DNA of 61,995 nucleotides, filler included, from Kipferlia bialata (GCA_003568945.1; 5 parts of 5 records of this genome joined end to end with filler, not necessarily neighbours in it); one strand, 5' to 3'; shown: positions 34,801 through 46,874, counted from the first letter of the whole stretch. The notes: generated by a model not told the origin, from the sequence alone. Translations and numbers: made by a program.

Positions 34801-37585
34801 TTCAGAACTCATATTGCGACCCCTTCCAACAAGTCAGGCCAGCACCTTATGGCCATCCCAGAGCGGCTGTCCACCAGCTACGTCCATGTCCTAGGGGGTG
34901 TGCGAGTGGAGCGTGTGGGGACAGGCAGGGTGGAGGGATGGCAGGGGGACGGGGCATGTGTGTCTCTCTTCCCTGTCTCCCTAGCCTGCCCCTTTCCAAA
35001 CTGGATCAAGGCTATCTCGAGCGGAGTGAGTGAGCTATAGGAACTGTACTCTTATTTCAATTGCGTAGTTCTGTTGTTATCGCCATTCTAATGACTGACC
35101 TAGGCCTCAGACAAGTACGGCTCCATGCTTACCAAGCTGGATGCCTCATTGCTCCCATCCCTCCTTGCCACTCTCACTGAGTATGGGATAGACACGAGGT
35201 ACAGGGCTGGAACATATCTCTCTGATGGCCAAGTAGGTCAGCACGTTAACCATCATCTCATCAGTCAGGTCTGCCGGTCCCCCGTACACCCTTACGGTGG
35301 GTAGTCTGGAGATTAGACCCACCTTAGCCCTGAGTCGCAAACAGTCAGTGTGCAACATAACCATGGTCCCAAGGCACATTGTGTGTGACGAGGTTGACTT
35401 GTATGACGATGCTCTGTACCCAACGCGGGAGGCCTTTGCAAGGGGAGAGGGGATGTCGCAGGTGGGACTGCATGTAGACGCATTGCATATTGGCGATAGT
35501 TAGTTGACTCTCTAACACTGTAGGCGTGCAGTCATTTGCTGGGGAAGGCCACAGGGAAACTTGGTCCAATGAGTGGCATGTTCAAGACTACCAGCCCGAC
35601 CTTACAGGGCCGACTTGTCACAGATGGTTCAGGGAAGGATGTGCTGCTGGGTGCCTCCCGGTCGGTACACGAGGGGTATGCCCACCCCACTGTGACGCTG
35701 TACGGTGTGGGTCAGAATGTCATGGACCCGCTGACAGAGGGCACTCTCTCCCTCAGACTGACCATGTGGTCACCCCTGATAGGCGATGGCAGGATGTCCA
35801 CCATTCCAGGCGCCATAGACCCCATACTCGGTATGTGGGGGTGTATTTGTCTCAAGGATCTAATTGGAGTGTCTATACATAGGACTCCTGCCACTCACCC
35901 CCAGGCCCACTGATGCCCGTCTCATCTGATGCCCAGCTGGAGTTGGGCAGGGTGATGTGTGCCTCACCTCGCATATTCCCCTCTGCCACACCCCCTGTCT
36001 CTGGGGTGCATGGACTGCAGTGGGTAAGAGGGGCCAATGGAGCCCTGACCCTGGCCTGTCAGTGTGACATACCAGCCTCCATACCCAACAGGTACACGTA
36101 CCTACTGGTTTCATATATACCTCTCGCATATATCTCACCCAAGCATTGTGGTAGACAAGTCCAACACCCCTTGCCTGGTACCCCTCAGTGACCCCCTCCA
36201 CACTGTATCGAGTACTATGGATGCCTATGTCAAGTCCTCAGTGGCAACTGTAGACCCCACCACCACCCTGTCCGACACATACCAGGTGGCACTGCGCCTA
36301 GGGGGTCAGGAGGTGGCCACCCTCACCTCACCCATCCCACTCCACCCCAGTGACGGGGTGCGTCTCCAGATATCAAGGACCAAGAGGTTCATCAGGGTCA
36401 GTGTACGCGCTGCACCCTACACGGTCCCTGCCCATCTAGCCGGAGCAGTGGTCAACCTCAGCCAGATGGGGCAGCCAGTGAGGGCAGGGTCAGAGGATCT
36501 GGAGAAGACAGATGTACGTTGGCCTGCTCCTGATACATATTCATAACATACCTCTGACTCTTACGCTTTGTCACTGCCTCTCACATCAGCTCCTGTACCT
36601 GTGGGGTGACTGTGGCATGAGGCAGATAGAGGTCATGAAGGGACCGGGGTCAGCCAACCCAATGCCGGAGGAAGGCAGGGTGCAGGTGCGATGGGGTCAG
36701 TACACTTGCTTCTCATTGTCATCTTCTTGTCTCACCCTAGGGCCGTCTAGCAGAGTGTCTTGGTATGCCCCAGGCAGCACGGGCAGCTGGTATGGGTGCC
36801 CTGGGCCAGATAGGGTGGTTCATGAACCAGGCCATCGGGACATACGTGGGGATGGGAGTGAGGCTGGTGCCTATCAGAGGTCCATCAGGTGAGGATGGCT
36901 CAATATCAAGTATTACTCGATAGCAAAAATATATACTGTCTGTCACATCCATGCGCTATCCTGCACCAGTATTTGAATCCTTTGGACTGATCTCAGGCAT
37001 AATCGCTGCCATGTTATTCCACGACTTCTATGTCTGTGACAAGTCGTGTGTCGTGGACATGTCCTTTGTCGTCTTCAAGGGGATGCCCCAGAAGGATGCG
37101 AGTCCTCTGTCCAAGGCCCTATCCCAGTGTGCCCCTGGAAGCAAGGAGTTCCCAAACTTTGTTGTCTCCTCCCCCCACAGCCTCACTGTTCTGACGCAGT
37201 GTCTCAACCATATGTCCAGGTACTAGGGGTCGTGTCAGATATATAAGGATGGATATACATGAACCAGCACCATTCCCTCTCAGTCCTCACCCCAGGTACA
37301 CCCTGAATGCCCCTGTGCACAGTGTGGTCAAGAGGAATGTGCCACAGGTACAACTGTGGTGTTAAGTGTTATGTTATAGAACCATATCTTTCTACCGTGA
37401 GGTCTCACCCCTAGCATCTACTCAAGTATGTGGTCAGGGTAGGCATGCGCCCCCTCCACCCTGTCATGATGTTACACGGTCAGCAGGATAAGGCCGCAGC
37501 CAAGGTGGGCCCCCTACTGGCCCAGCTGGGTGCTATGGGAGACAGGCCTGGGTGGCTGAAGACAGAGGCGGTGGGGTATATGTGA
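31876..37585 (+). CDS. Large multi-exon protein resembling DUF4470/MYND-associated proteins (5' truncated)
   Basis: Spliced motifs VCNPTLY, RIFRDWMRCL, VTLVIGDCLD, PFLFDHIECSNIADYVGTLTIL, VRVGMRPLH; more than 25 canonical introns; no MYND Cys pattern seen at the C-terminus. Confidence 0.6.
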
Positions 37586-38209
37586 GGGGAATTGCGCAGG
37601 TAGAACAGAGAGAGAGTCATTCTCATTCACTCACACTCATAGAATCTATATGATAGAAAGTGTTAGGTAAATATCAATGTATACGGTTACTTGCTGCTCG
37701 TGTTCGTCCCAATACTTGGGATTCCCAAGTGGGGTCCCCACTGGGGACCATGGTTGGTACGAGTTAGTCAGACACTTATGCCCTAGATTGAGTACCTAGT
37801 AGGTACTACCTACTCTCCCTGGCAACTATGTAGGTAGAGTGCCTCCTAGTGGCCAGCATCCGTTGCTCCATCTTGCAAAGCCATCAATGAATCATCATAA
37901 TCTGTGGGTGGGTAGAGGCATATGCCTCCACTCCCTGATACACAAACAGCAAGAATTACCTATATGTACTATATACACATGACTGTACATTATGCAAATG
38001 TTACTAGTGCATCACTAGTCAATTATTGGTGTGGGATACAGTGTATCATACACAGATACACAAATGACTAGAGAAATTCATAGTTTGGACCTCAACATCT
38101 TGATAAGATAGATGACATTCTGGGTCTGTAGTTGTTTCTATCCTATACCCTTTTGCTCGATCCCTTCGCAAAACCTCGCTGTTTCTCTCCAGTCTGGATT
38201 TACCAGAAG

Positions 38210-38401
38210 ATGGCGGAAATGAGAGATGGGTTGTCTGACGCAACCATGGAGGACGCATTAGAAGATGTATTGGATTGCAACCGCCGTGCACTGGAGGAGC
38301 TGGGCGAGGAGTGGCGCGAGGAGCCGCTAGAGGCCCCTGACACCCGGACACAGTGTGCCTCCGTCACTGAGTACCCCTCCTGCGGCAATCACATATTGAA
38401 G
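38210..38401 (+). CDS. Short acidic exon-like ORF, unknown
   Basis: GC-rich MAEMRDGLSDATMEDALEDVLDCNRRALEELGEEW... ending at a gtgggg donor. Confidence 0.3.
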
Positions 38402-38772
38402 GTGGGGCCTGTTTTGTGTGTCTTCATTATCTTTATGCGCCACCTAGATGAAGGGGTGTCCGTGCTGATCATTAATGAAGGCACTTTGATACTAAAGTAC
38501 TATTCCCTCTCTTTGTACCTGTATCTGCTGACCCTAGTCTGTAATTGCTGTCTTCTGTGGCAAGGCTAGGCCAGGCATCCTCTGCATACCTCGGGGGCAC
38601 TTTGCATATGCACTCACAGACACAGACGCGGAGGTACAATAACCCAACGTATATGATATGTGTATAGAGAGTTCTTTATGTGTACATCACAACACATATT
38701 TATACATCGAGGTATACACACAAGGTACTGTGAACTCACGGACGAATTGATGTGGGGATACCCCCCCCCCCC

Positions 38773-38872
38773 NNNNNNNNNNNNNNNNNNNNNNNNNNNN
38801 NNNNNNNNNNNNNNNNTTAATTAATTAANNNNNNNNNNNNNNNNNNNNNNNNNNNNNNNNNNNNNNNNNNNN
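38773..38872. other. Artificial scaffold linker
   Basis: N-run + TTAATTAATTAA + N-run. Confidence 0.97.
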
Positions 38873-39290
38873 TACTCGCTCTCAAAGCGGGCGATGTTCT
38901 CCTCACGCCTCTTACGGGCCACCACAGCTCGGATTTATTTGATTGAGCTTTAGAATTAATTTTAATTCTCAGTACAGAATTGAGATCAATTGGAATAACC
39001 CTCTCAAACCCCCCAGTCGAGTTCCACCTCTCTATCCATCTGTACAAGGTAGACAGGTCCACAATGAAGTGCTTGGCAACCAGCTTGGCCTTATGGTTGT
39101 AGATGACTACAGACCACACTGCTCTGGCCTTGGTCTGGGCCGTAGCCTGGCCGAACTTGTGGCGTTTTGGCTTCCTCTTCTTAGCCTTCTTCTCTGGGGG
39201 TGAGCAGTCAATATGTGTATTGTGTAGGTTGGCGGTATAAATTAGAGCTGGTTAGAGGTTACCTACTGCCTCAGGGGCTGAGTTCTGCAT
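38873..39290 (-). CDS. Helix-turn-helix protein resembling a Tc1/IS630 transposase N-terminus (3' truncated)
   Basis: Two exons: MQNSAPEAV/EKKAKKRKPKRHK (NLS-like)...KARAVWSVVIYNHKAKLVAKHFIVDLSTLYRWIERWNSTGG. Confidence 0.6.
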
Positions 39291-39306
39291 GATGATGGTG
39301 GTTACA

Positions 39307-39338
39307 AAACAGCAGAATTCTCAAACAGCAGAATTCTC
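39307..39338. promoter_or_regulatory. 16-bp direct repeat in a 142-bp divergent intergenic region
   Basis: aaacagcagaattctc twice in tandem between ATGs at 39290 (-) and 39433 (+). Regulatory role is inference. Confidence 0.35.
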
Positions 39339-39432
39339 GATTTTCTTGTGATTCGCATTCATTTTTCTAGACCCAATAAGTCCGACAATTCTGGTTCTCA
39401 GAGTGTTGAGACATGACAGTGTATTTATTAGG

Positions 39433-41588
39433 ATGCTTGATGTTCAGGGAACCATTGCAACCGCGAATGCAGCACTTCAGGATTTAGTGATGGAGTCAAG
39501 GTACGTGAATGTGGGGATCACCTACAATTGTATCAAGTAGAATATTCCAGTCATATCTTTTAATTACAAGCCGCGCACCATGTGGAGAGCACCATAGGTA
39601 TTATGGACGTGTATATCGTGGATACCGAGAGACTTCACATGATCTGGTAGCTGCGATATGGGGAGGTGCATGCGTTCCTCTTCGGGGGTTGATTGGTCTT
39701 CCCCCCCAGCCAGAGCCCATGCCCACCATAGAGGCGGAGGGTGTGTCACCATTCCAGCGCCTCTTTGCAGATGCCGAGGCTGATATGTCGAAGCGGCAAG
39801 GAGATTCCCCCCAGGAAGATCGTGTCCAGCACCCTGAGGCCAGGAGGAGACACGTACTCACTGCGCTTGATGAGATATGGATACCCTCCCTTGAGGATAA
39901 GCCCCACGCCCTCGTACCACTGCCACCAGGCCTTTGTATTAGGGAAAAGGGCCAAGTACAAGAGTCAAGAGACGACGAGCCATCATTTTGCCAAACCCCG
40001 CATCCGTATGAGGCCGAGGTTCGTGCTGCATTCCCCAGTGACACATCTCTGAATTGCTTACGTAACCTGTCTACAGTCAATGAGGAGGTTACAATTGCGG
40101 CAAGAGAGGCCAGGCAGGGGGTTAACCGCGAGGGAAGTGGTGGTTACATATCGCGAATGGATGCTGTATCTCTTCACAGTGGAAAGGGCATGGAAGTGAA
40201 CGTAGGGGAACTGAAGGGGGTAAAGTATCTCCCAGAAGGCCACGCTCCAGCGGTGTATGGGCTAAGTGTGCTTGATCAGCCAACCGCTGTTAGTAGGCAC
40301 AGCAGTCTCATGAGGTCGGTCCTCAGCACTCCCCTCGTGCGAATCCGTGATAGAGTGGGGTTGGAGATGTTGGTGTCGCATCTGTCTGGGCAGAGTGTCA
40401 TGGCCATGGACCTGGAGCATGCCAGACATTCGTTCCACGGGGCCACCTGCTTGATGCAGATATCGACTCCTTCTGCAGACTTCATTGTTGACACTCTTGC
40501 TGTCTGGTCACACATGCACCTCCTCAGATCTGTATTGGCAAACCCAACAGTGACCAAGGTGGATAGATCTGGCCACTACTGTATATGTGAAAGGGTTTTC
40601 ATCTTCTCTCATCTTATGTTAGGTTGTACACGGTGCGGACATGGATGTGCAGTGGTTACAGCGGGATTGGGGGCTCTATCTTGTGAATGCACTGGATACG
40701 GGTCGGTGCGCCCAGGCCCTAGGGCTGCCCCGTGGACTTGCCCGGCTGACCCATGCACTGCTTGGGGTGTCTCTTGGTAAGGGGCAGCAACTCTCTGACT
40801 GGTCCTTGCGCCCCCTCTCTGCCTCACAAGTCTTATATGCACGTATTGACACACACTGGCTCTTGCTTATGTGTGGAATCTTGTTGGACAGGCTAGGTAG
40901 TCCGGCACTAGCTGTAGAGTGTAGCCGTCCCGTGTGCCTGGGTGTGTACCACCCGCCATCTCAGCTGTCTCTGCTCCAAGGAAGGGCCAGTGTACTCGCT
41001 GCCGATCCAGATTTTGGTGGGATAATACGGCGTCTACTCTTGTGGAGATTCTCAGAGGGTTTCCGACTGAATATTCCTCCTGAAAGTGTCGTGTCCGAGG
41101 CGTGTCTTGTGTTGGTCGCCCAACAACGACCATCTAGTGTTGCTGCTGTTGCCTCCTACCTCGGAAGCACGTCTTTAGCACCTGACGTTTACGAAGCACT
41201 CTGGTCGGTAGATAGGGCTTCAGACGGCAATGTGATGTTGTCAGATTGTATGGAAGTGGAGAGGGTGTCAACCGGTCCCAATGAGGGTCTTTTTCCTCCT
41301 CCTGTACATGTTGAGGTGGGTGTTGTATGCCCACCTCGTTTTGGGAATGATCTTGGCTCCTCAAGGTTTTCTCTATTATATGAGAGCGCGCTGTGTGGTG
41401 GTTGTCCCAAGCCCGTTCAGACACAGAATACTAACAATACTTCTCAGACAGTTCCTCAGAAGAGGCGTAGTGAGGGTGACGGACCTGTGAGTAGTGTTGG
41501 GCAGGTGAAGGGAGCATATGTGGCGACACCAGGTGCCAAGAGGGTAAGAGAGAGACCTCAGACCCTTACCACGCCTGCTGGGTGGTAA
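39433..41588 (+). CDS. RRP6: Exosome-associated 3'-5' exonuclease RRP6/EXOSC10
   Basis: HPYEAEV, AMDLEH..SFHGATCLMQIST, DFIVDTL, VHGADMDVQWLQRDWGLYLVN..DT, QLSDWSLRPL, YARIDTH, HRDC-like tail; introns near 39501-39570 and 40559-40623. Confidence 0.93.
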
Positions 41589-42003
41589 ACCGTAGCTGCT
41601 ACGTGACAACATTATGTTCTATTCTTCACCCCACACTATAGACAGAGAAATTGCATATTTATCATGGGCACGATCAATACCAATACCACATCATACGTTG
41701 TGTAGGACGGACGGGTATATATAGGGTTCTCTGGGGCCTCTGTTGGAATTATTTATGGAGACATGCTTCTACACCGGTTGCATCTATATACTCAGCTATC
41801 ATCTGGAAGGCAAAGATACTATCTCAGACTACGGCCAAATATCAAAAGACATGGTAACTCCTGCCAACAGATTCACACTAGTCACCAAGTTCTCTTAACC
41901 GCCATCTCACAACCTCAGTGTGCTGTCAATCAACAATAGTAGTCGACGTTGAGGGGGACTCGGTAGAGAGCCAGGACCGTGCTGCCCTACCTAGGTACCA
42001 GCT

Positions 42004-42892
42004 NNNNNNNNNNNNNNNNNNNNNNNNNNNNNNNNNNNNNNNNNNNNNNNNNNNNNNNNNNNNNNNNNNNNNNNNNNNNNNNNNNNNNNNNNNNNNNNNN
42101 NNNNNNNNNNNNNNNNNNNNNNNNNNNNNNNNNNNNNNNNNNNNNNNNNNNNNNNNNNNNNNNNNNNNNNNNNNNNNNNNNNNNNNNNNNNNNNNNNNNN
42201 NNNNNNNNNNNNNNNNNNNNNNNNNNNNNNNNNNNNNNNNNNNNNNNNNNNNNNNNNNNNNNNNNNNNNNNNNNNNNNNNNNNNNNNNNNNNNNNNNNNN
42301 NNNNNNNNNNNNNNNNNNNNNNNNNNNNNNNNNNNNNNNNNNNNNNNNNNNNNNNNNNNNNNNNNNNNNNNNNNNNNNNNNNNNNNNNNNNNNNNNNNNN
42401 NNNNNNNNNNNNNNNNNNNNNNNNNNNNNNNNNNNNNNNNNNNNNNNNNNNNNNNNNNNNNNNNNNNNNNNNNNNNNNNNNNNNNNNNNNNNNNNNNNNN
42501 NNNNNNNNNNNNNNNNNNNNNNNNNNNNNNNNNNNNNNNNNNNNNNNNNNNNNNNNNNNNNNNNNNNNNNNNNNNNNNNNNNNNNNNNNNNNNNNNNNNN
42601 NNNNNNNNNNNNNNNNNNNNNNNNNNNNNNNNNNNNNNNNNNNNNNNNNNNNNNNNNNNNNNNNNNNNNNNNNNNNNNNNNNNNNNNNNNNNNNNNNNNN
42701 NNNNNNNNNNNNNNNNNNNNNNNNNNNNNNNNNNNNNNNNNNNNNNNNNNNNNNNNNNNNNNNNNNNNNNNNNNNNNNNNNNNNNNNNNNNNNNNNNNNN
42801 NNNNNNNNNNNNNNNNNNNNNNNNNNNNNNNNNNNNNNNNNNNNNNNNNNNNNNNNNNNNNNNNNNNNNNNNNNNNNNNNNNNNNNNNNNNN
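42004..42892. other. Assembly gap
   Basis: Run of N. Confidence 0.99.
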
Positions 42893-43010
42893 TTGCGTAT
42901 TTAGGTAGTGTCTGGCCACCAATAGTGTTATGACTAGCCATATTTGAGTTTTGATATTTTGGTCTTGTTTCCAAAAATAGTAGACTTACACATCAGCTAT
43001 ATTCGCCACG

Positions 43011-46000
43011 TTGCTGGTTCTGGCATCTGCTACGACCCCAACATACGAGCTTCGGAAGAAGGAAACTGATCAGGCTGATGTGGTTGGTGTCAGCAACACC
43101 CTGTGGAATCTTGTGGACACCTCAACCGATGAGGATGTTGTTGTGATCCCTGCAGGTATTGTTGGGCACGATTCAGACTACGAGGTCCGCGCCGTTGGCA
43201 GCCTTGGTGACTACAGTATTCGCCTCAATGTTGAGGCAGGTAACGTGATGCCTGAGGAGGGAGAGGCCTTAACAACCGGTTACATCCCCAACCTGGTCTA
43301 TCCTGACGAGAGCATGGGACACAAGATCACGTTCCTTCTTGACGATGACACTGAAGTTACCGTTGGTGTGTGGACTGTGTTTGACATTGACGTGACCAAG
43401 TCTGAGATTTCCTTTGATGGGGAGAACATTCTGGATGGGACATCCCCTGTACTCTCCCTCGTCTCCGGAAGCATCTACACCCTGAAGGTTGCTCTCAACA
43501 ACCACAATGGCGACAACTTGCTTCCCATTCCCCTCATGACCACCTGGGGCCTGTCATCCCTCGTTGAGTCATTCATCTCTATGTTGTCTGGATCCGACGA
43601 GAGCGCTGCCGAGATCACCCTTCCCGATATGGACGCTGTCCTTGAGGCCATTCAGGCCAAGATTGATGAGAGCGGAGCCACTTACGGTGTCAACAATCCC
43701 TCCTACGACTTCTGTTCCCTGGTTGATGGGGCCTACGTTTGCTCCGAGGACACCTCTGCCCTCGAGGACGTCATGGACGACTTCGACTATGACTTCCCCT
43801 TCACAATGGAGATTGGCATGGAGACTGACGACGACGGCAATTCCTCGGGTGGCTTGAAGCTCCCCCAGATCGAGTTTGAGGGCGCCCTCGCCGTGTCTTT
43901 CGAGGTCCAGCTCATGGGAGACATGGAGGGCTACTTCAAGGGAAGCTTTGAGTACTTTGACTACACAACCTTGTCCTGGAAGGATACTGAGGGAGACGCC
44001 AACCTTGTTGCTCTCGAGGGCCTTTGGATCGAGGACATTGCCGACGAGGTGCCATCCATGACCGGTGCCATGCTCGATCTCTGTGACGACGACATGTGCG
44101 TGACCGTCACCTTTGACAAGGACATATCCGTGCCTTCCTCCGGCGATGACTCTTCCTCATTTGGCTGTGATGATGTGTTTGCCTCCAGTGATGGGTTCTC
44201 GATCCCAGGGTGGACGTGCTCTGTGTTGGACTCCAACAAGCTCGTAGCTACCATTCCTGAGGTGTTCCTTACCCCTACCCTGCTGGACGGCGGTGTCGTC
44301 AGCTTGAAGGAGGATGCTGTTGTGGGTAGCTACGCTATGGTTGACCGCTCCGACAGTGCCTCTGGGACTATCGAGGTGAACACTGCTGCCGTTCCCACCA
44401 CTGAATCAGTTACCCTGCAGTTTGCAACCGGCTTCACCACCGCCCCCGGAGTAACAGTGACAGAGTGGAGTATCCCGACCACCATGTGTGGGGCAGTGGC
44501 TGCCGAGTTTGGACTCTCCAACATGAACGGAGTGTCTCCTCTCTCTGTGGAGATTGTTGCCATCAAGACCGGTGATGCCGATAGTGATGGTACCGTCATT
44601 GGCTCTTCTGTGTCTGGCACATCTGTTGTGGCATCTTTTTGGGAGGGCTCCTTTGATCCTCGCACCATCGACAACACCTACTCTCTCAAGGTTAGGGTCG
44701 AGACTGTGATGGGCGTTGGTTACTCCGCCGCTGGTACCGTTGAGTGGGACTCCTCAGACCTCGCTGGTCTGTCTTACGCCAAGAGCATCTCCCGAGGCAA
44801 GACCCAGTCTGCCAAGTCCTTTGCCCTTCCCAACGTCAGCAGCCTCTTTGTGTGCCAGAGCACCAAGGTTGTTGGGTTCTCTTCCGATGATGACCTACCT
44901 TTGGGATTCAGCCTCACTGGAGAGGATCTCTTCCTCACCGTTAACCCAACCCGTGCTGCAGCCGGTGATCACGTGGTCGTGCTCACAGCCACCATTGTGC
45001 CCGATGTCGTAGACCCTGTCGACGACCTCCCCTCATACGAGGTGGACTTCACCTACAACGTGACCATCGTTGATACTGAGAGTGACGGCGTGTCATTCCT
45101 AGGAGAGATTGATGGCAATGACACTGATGGGTATCTGCCCTCTGACGGCATGGTGTTCACCCTCAACAACCTGAGCCCCGCTGACGCCGCTGTCAAGTGG
45201 GAGGTGAAGAATGGCAGTGAGACCATCAAGACTCAGGACTCTGCCGACGCCACGGATGCCGCTGGGGCCACTTTCGACAAGGCTCTGCTCAAGTGGACCT
45301 ACGATGAGCTGGTGCTGACCTCTCTGACCGACATCTCCGTCACCGCCACGCTCACTGACGCAACAGACTCTACCGAGACTCAGGTCATTGAGTACGACAC
45401 CGATGGGATGGTTGTCATGGCCGTCACTCTCTCTGACTTTACCGCTGAACTTGTGGACGCCTCCATCACCTCCGATGAGTCCTTTGATGTCAAGATGGAC
45501 TTCTCCATCGCTGCCGGTGAGGAGGACTTCTTCTTCGGCGACGCCTCCTCTGCCCTCGAGACTGTCTGGTTTGTGGACATGGCATTCGGCGATGTCGTTG
45601 TGACGTCCGAGGCCCTCTCCCCCTTTGACCTCCTGGTTGAAGGCGACTACGTGTACTCTATGGACGTCCCTATGTGTGGCGCCGACGAGGTGACCGCTGA
45701 GGTTTCCCTTCTTGTCCTCACTGGTGGTGTGGTTGTTTACGATACGGAGGCTGCTGCCGCTGCCTCATTCGCCTTCACCATCCCCTGCCCCACTGTGGAC
45801 ACCGATGACCTCGAGGATGTGTCACTTGAGACCCTTGCCCTTGTGGTCAGGGCTGATTCCGTCAGTGCTGAGGATACAGCCAGCGTACTTGACGCTGGTG
45901 TTGACCTCATGGCTGATGCTCAGGCAGGAGGCACTCTCGACCGTGCAACTGTGTCTGCCTTTTCAGGCATGATTGCTGAGGGAGACGCCGAGTCTCTCCC

Positions 46001-46874
46001 CGACACTGAGGCTATGGAGTCCTTCACTGACATTGTCTCCACCATGTACGACGACATCGACGAGGACGTCCAGGTGTCTGTCGAGGAGGCCGAATCGGTG
46101 CTTCTTGCCGTCACTCAGGCCGCTAGCGAGGGTCTGGTTTCTGCAGAGAAGGCCCAGGTTGCTGTCCTCTCTGTGGCCAAGGCCTTCCTCCAGTCCCGGG
46201 CCTGTGACCCCGATGTTGATATGTCCACTGAGTCGGGAAGCTTCACCACAAAGGCCTCCTTCGTCACCCCTAGCAACTCTGAGATGGAGATTGGAGGTGT
46301 CACCGTCACTCTCCCCGCCTCCTTCTTCGAGGACCTTGAGCTCGGGTGCGTGCCTGCAGTTGGGGACTCCACCGTCCCTGAGTCTGATAGCTCGTCCATC
46401 GCTCTGGCCAAGGACACCAGTGACGCCAGCGATGTCATTGCTATTACCAGCCAGGGCGGCATGTCTGTGGCCTCTAACACCATCAGTGCCCTCTCCACTC
46501 TCAAGGACGCAGTGACGGTGGCTCTTCCCTTTATCGATGGAGCATCCACCTCTGAGTCAGAGACCGACACCACTCGCACATCTATCAAGTGCATGACCCA
46601 GAACTCTTCAACTCTGCTGTGGTCCGCCTCCGGGTGTACTACTGTGGTCGGTACCGATGGTGTAGAGTGTTCCTGTGACAGCCTCGGTCGTTACGGTGCC
46701 TTTATGGTGACATCTGTTATCCAGCTGGTGCCTTCCCTTCCTCTGTTGGGTTTCACTGGTTATGCAGTGCTGGTTGCTGTTGTTGTGTTTGCTCTGGTTG
46801 GCATGTGTTGCTCATACTCTTGTATTAAGAAGGCCCACACCAGGGTGAACAAGAAGCCAGCTGGAAAGGTTTGA
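43011..46874 (+). CDS. Large acidic type I membrane protein with GAIN/GPS motif and one TM helix (N-terminus probably in gap)
   Basis: 1287-aa uninterrupted ORF; KCMTQNSSTLLWSASGCTTVVGTDGVECSCDSLGRYGAF, then hydrophobic YAVLVAVVVFALVGMCC and a short basic tail. Confidence 0.8.
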   Translation: MLVLASATTPTYELRKKETDQADVVGVSNTLWNLVDTSTDEDVVVIPAGIVGHDSDYEVRAVGSLGDYSIRLNVEAGNVMPEEGEALTTGYIPNLVYPDESMGHKITFLLDDDTEVTVGVWTVFDIDVTKSEISFDGENILDGTSPVLSLVSGSIYTLKVALNNHNGDNLLPIPLMTTWGLSSLVESFISMLSGSDESAAEITLPDMDAVLEAIQAKIDESGATYGVNNPSYDFCSLVDGAYVCSEDTSALEDVMDDFDYDFPFTMEIGMETDDDGNSSGGLKLPQIEFEGALAVSFEVQLMGDMEGYFKGSFEYFDYTTLSWKDTEGDANLVALEGLWIEDIADEVPSMTGAMLDLCDDDMCVTVTFDKDISVPSSGDDSSSFGCDDVFASSDGFSIPGWTCSVLDSNKLVATIPEVFLTPTLLDGGVVSLKEDAVVGSYAMVDRSDSASGTIEVNTAAVPTTESVTLQFATGFTTAPGVTVTEWSIPTTMCGAVAAEFGLSNMNGVSPLSVEIVAIKTGDADSDGTVIGSSVSGTSVVASFWEGSFDPRTIDNTYSLKVRVETVMGVGYSAAGTVEWDSSDLAGLSYAKSISRGKTQSAKSFALPNVSSLFVCQSTKVVGFSSDDDLPLGFSLTGEDLFLTVNPTRAAAGDHVVVLTATIVPDVVDPVDDLPSYEVDFTYNVTIVDTESDGVSFLGEIDGNDTDGYLPSDGMVFTLNNLSPADAAVKWEVKNGSETIKTQDSADATDAAGATFDKALLKWTYDELVLTSLTDISVTATLTDATDSTETQVIEYDTDGMVVMAVTLSDFTAELVDASITSDESFDVKMDFSIAAGEEDFFFGDASSALETVWFVDMAFGDVVVTSEALSPFDLLVEGDYVYSMDVPMCGADEVTAEVSLLVLTGGVVVYDTEAAAAASFAFTIPCPTVDTDDLEDVSLETLALVVRADSVSAEDTASVLDAGVDLMADAQAGGTLDRATVSAFSGMIAEGDAESLPDTEAMESFTDIVSTMYDDIDEDVQVSVEEAESVLLAVTQAASEGLVSAEKAQVAVLSVAKAFLQSRACDPDVDMSTESGSFTTKASFVTPSNSEMEIGGVTVTLPASFFEDLELGCVPAVGDSTVPESDSSSIALAKDTSDASDVIAITSQGGMSVASNTISALSTLKDAVTVALPFIDGASTSESETDTTRTSIKCMTQNSSTLLWSASGCTTVVGTDGVECSCDSLGRYGAFMVTSVIQLVPSLPLLGFTGYAVLVAVVVFALVGMCCSYSCIKKAHTRVNKKPAGKV

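Noticed and set aside
8706..42974. Long ORFs spanning N runs
   Set aside because: Artefacts of translating gaps.
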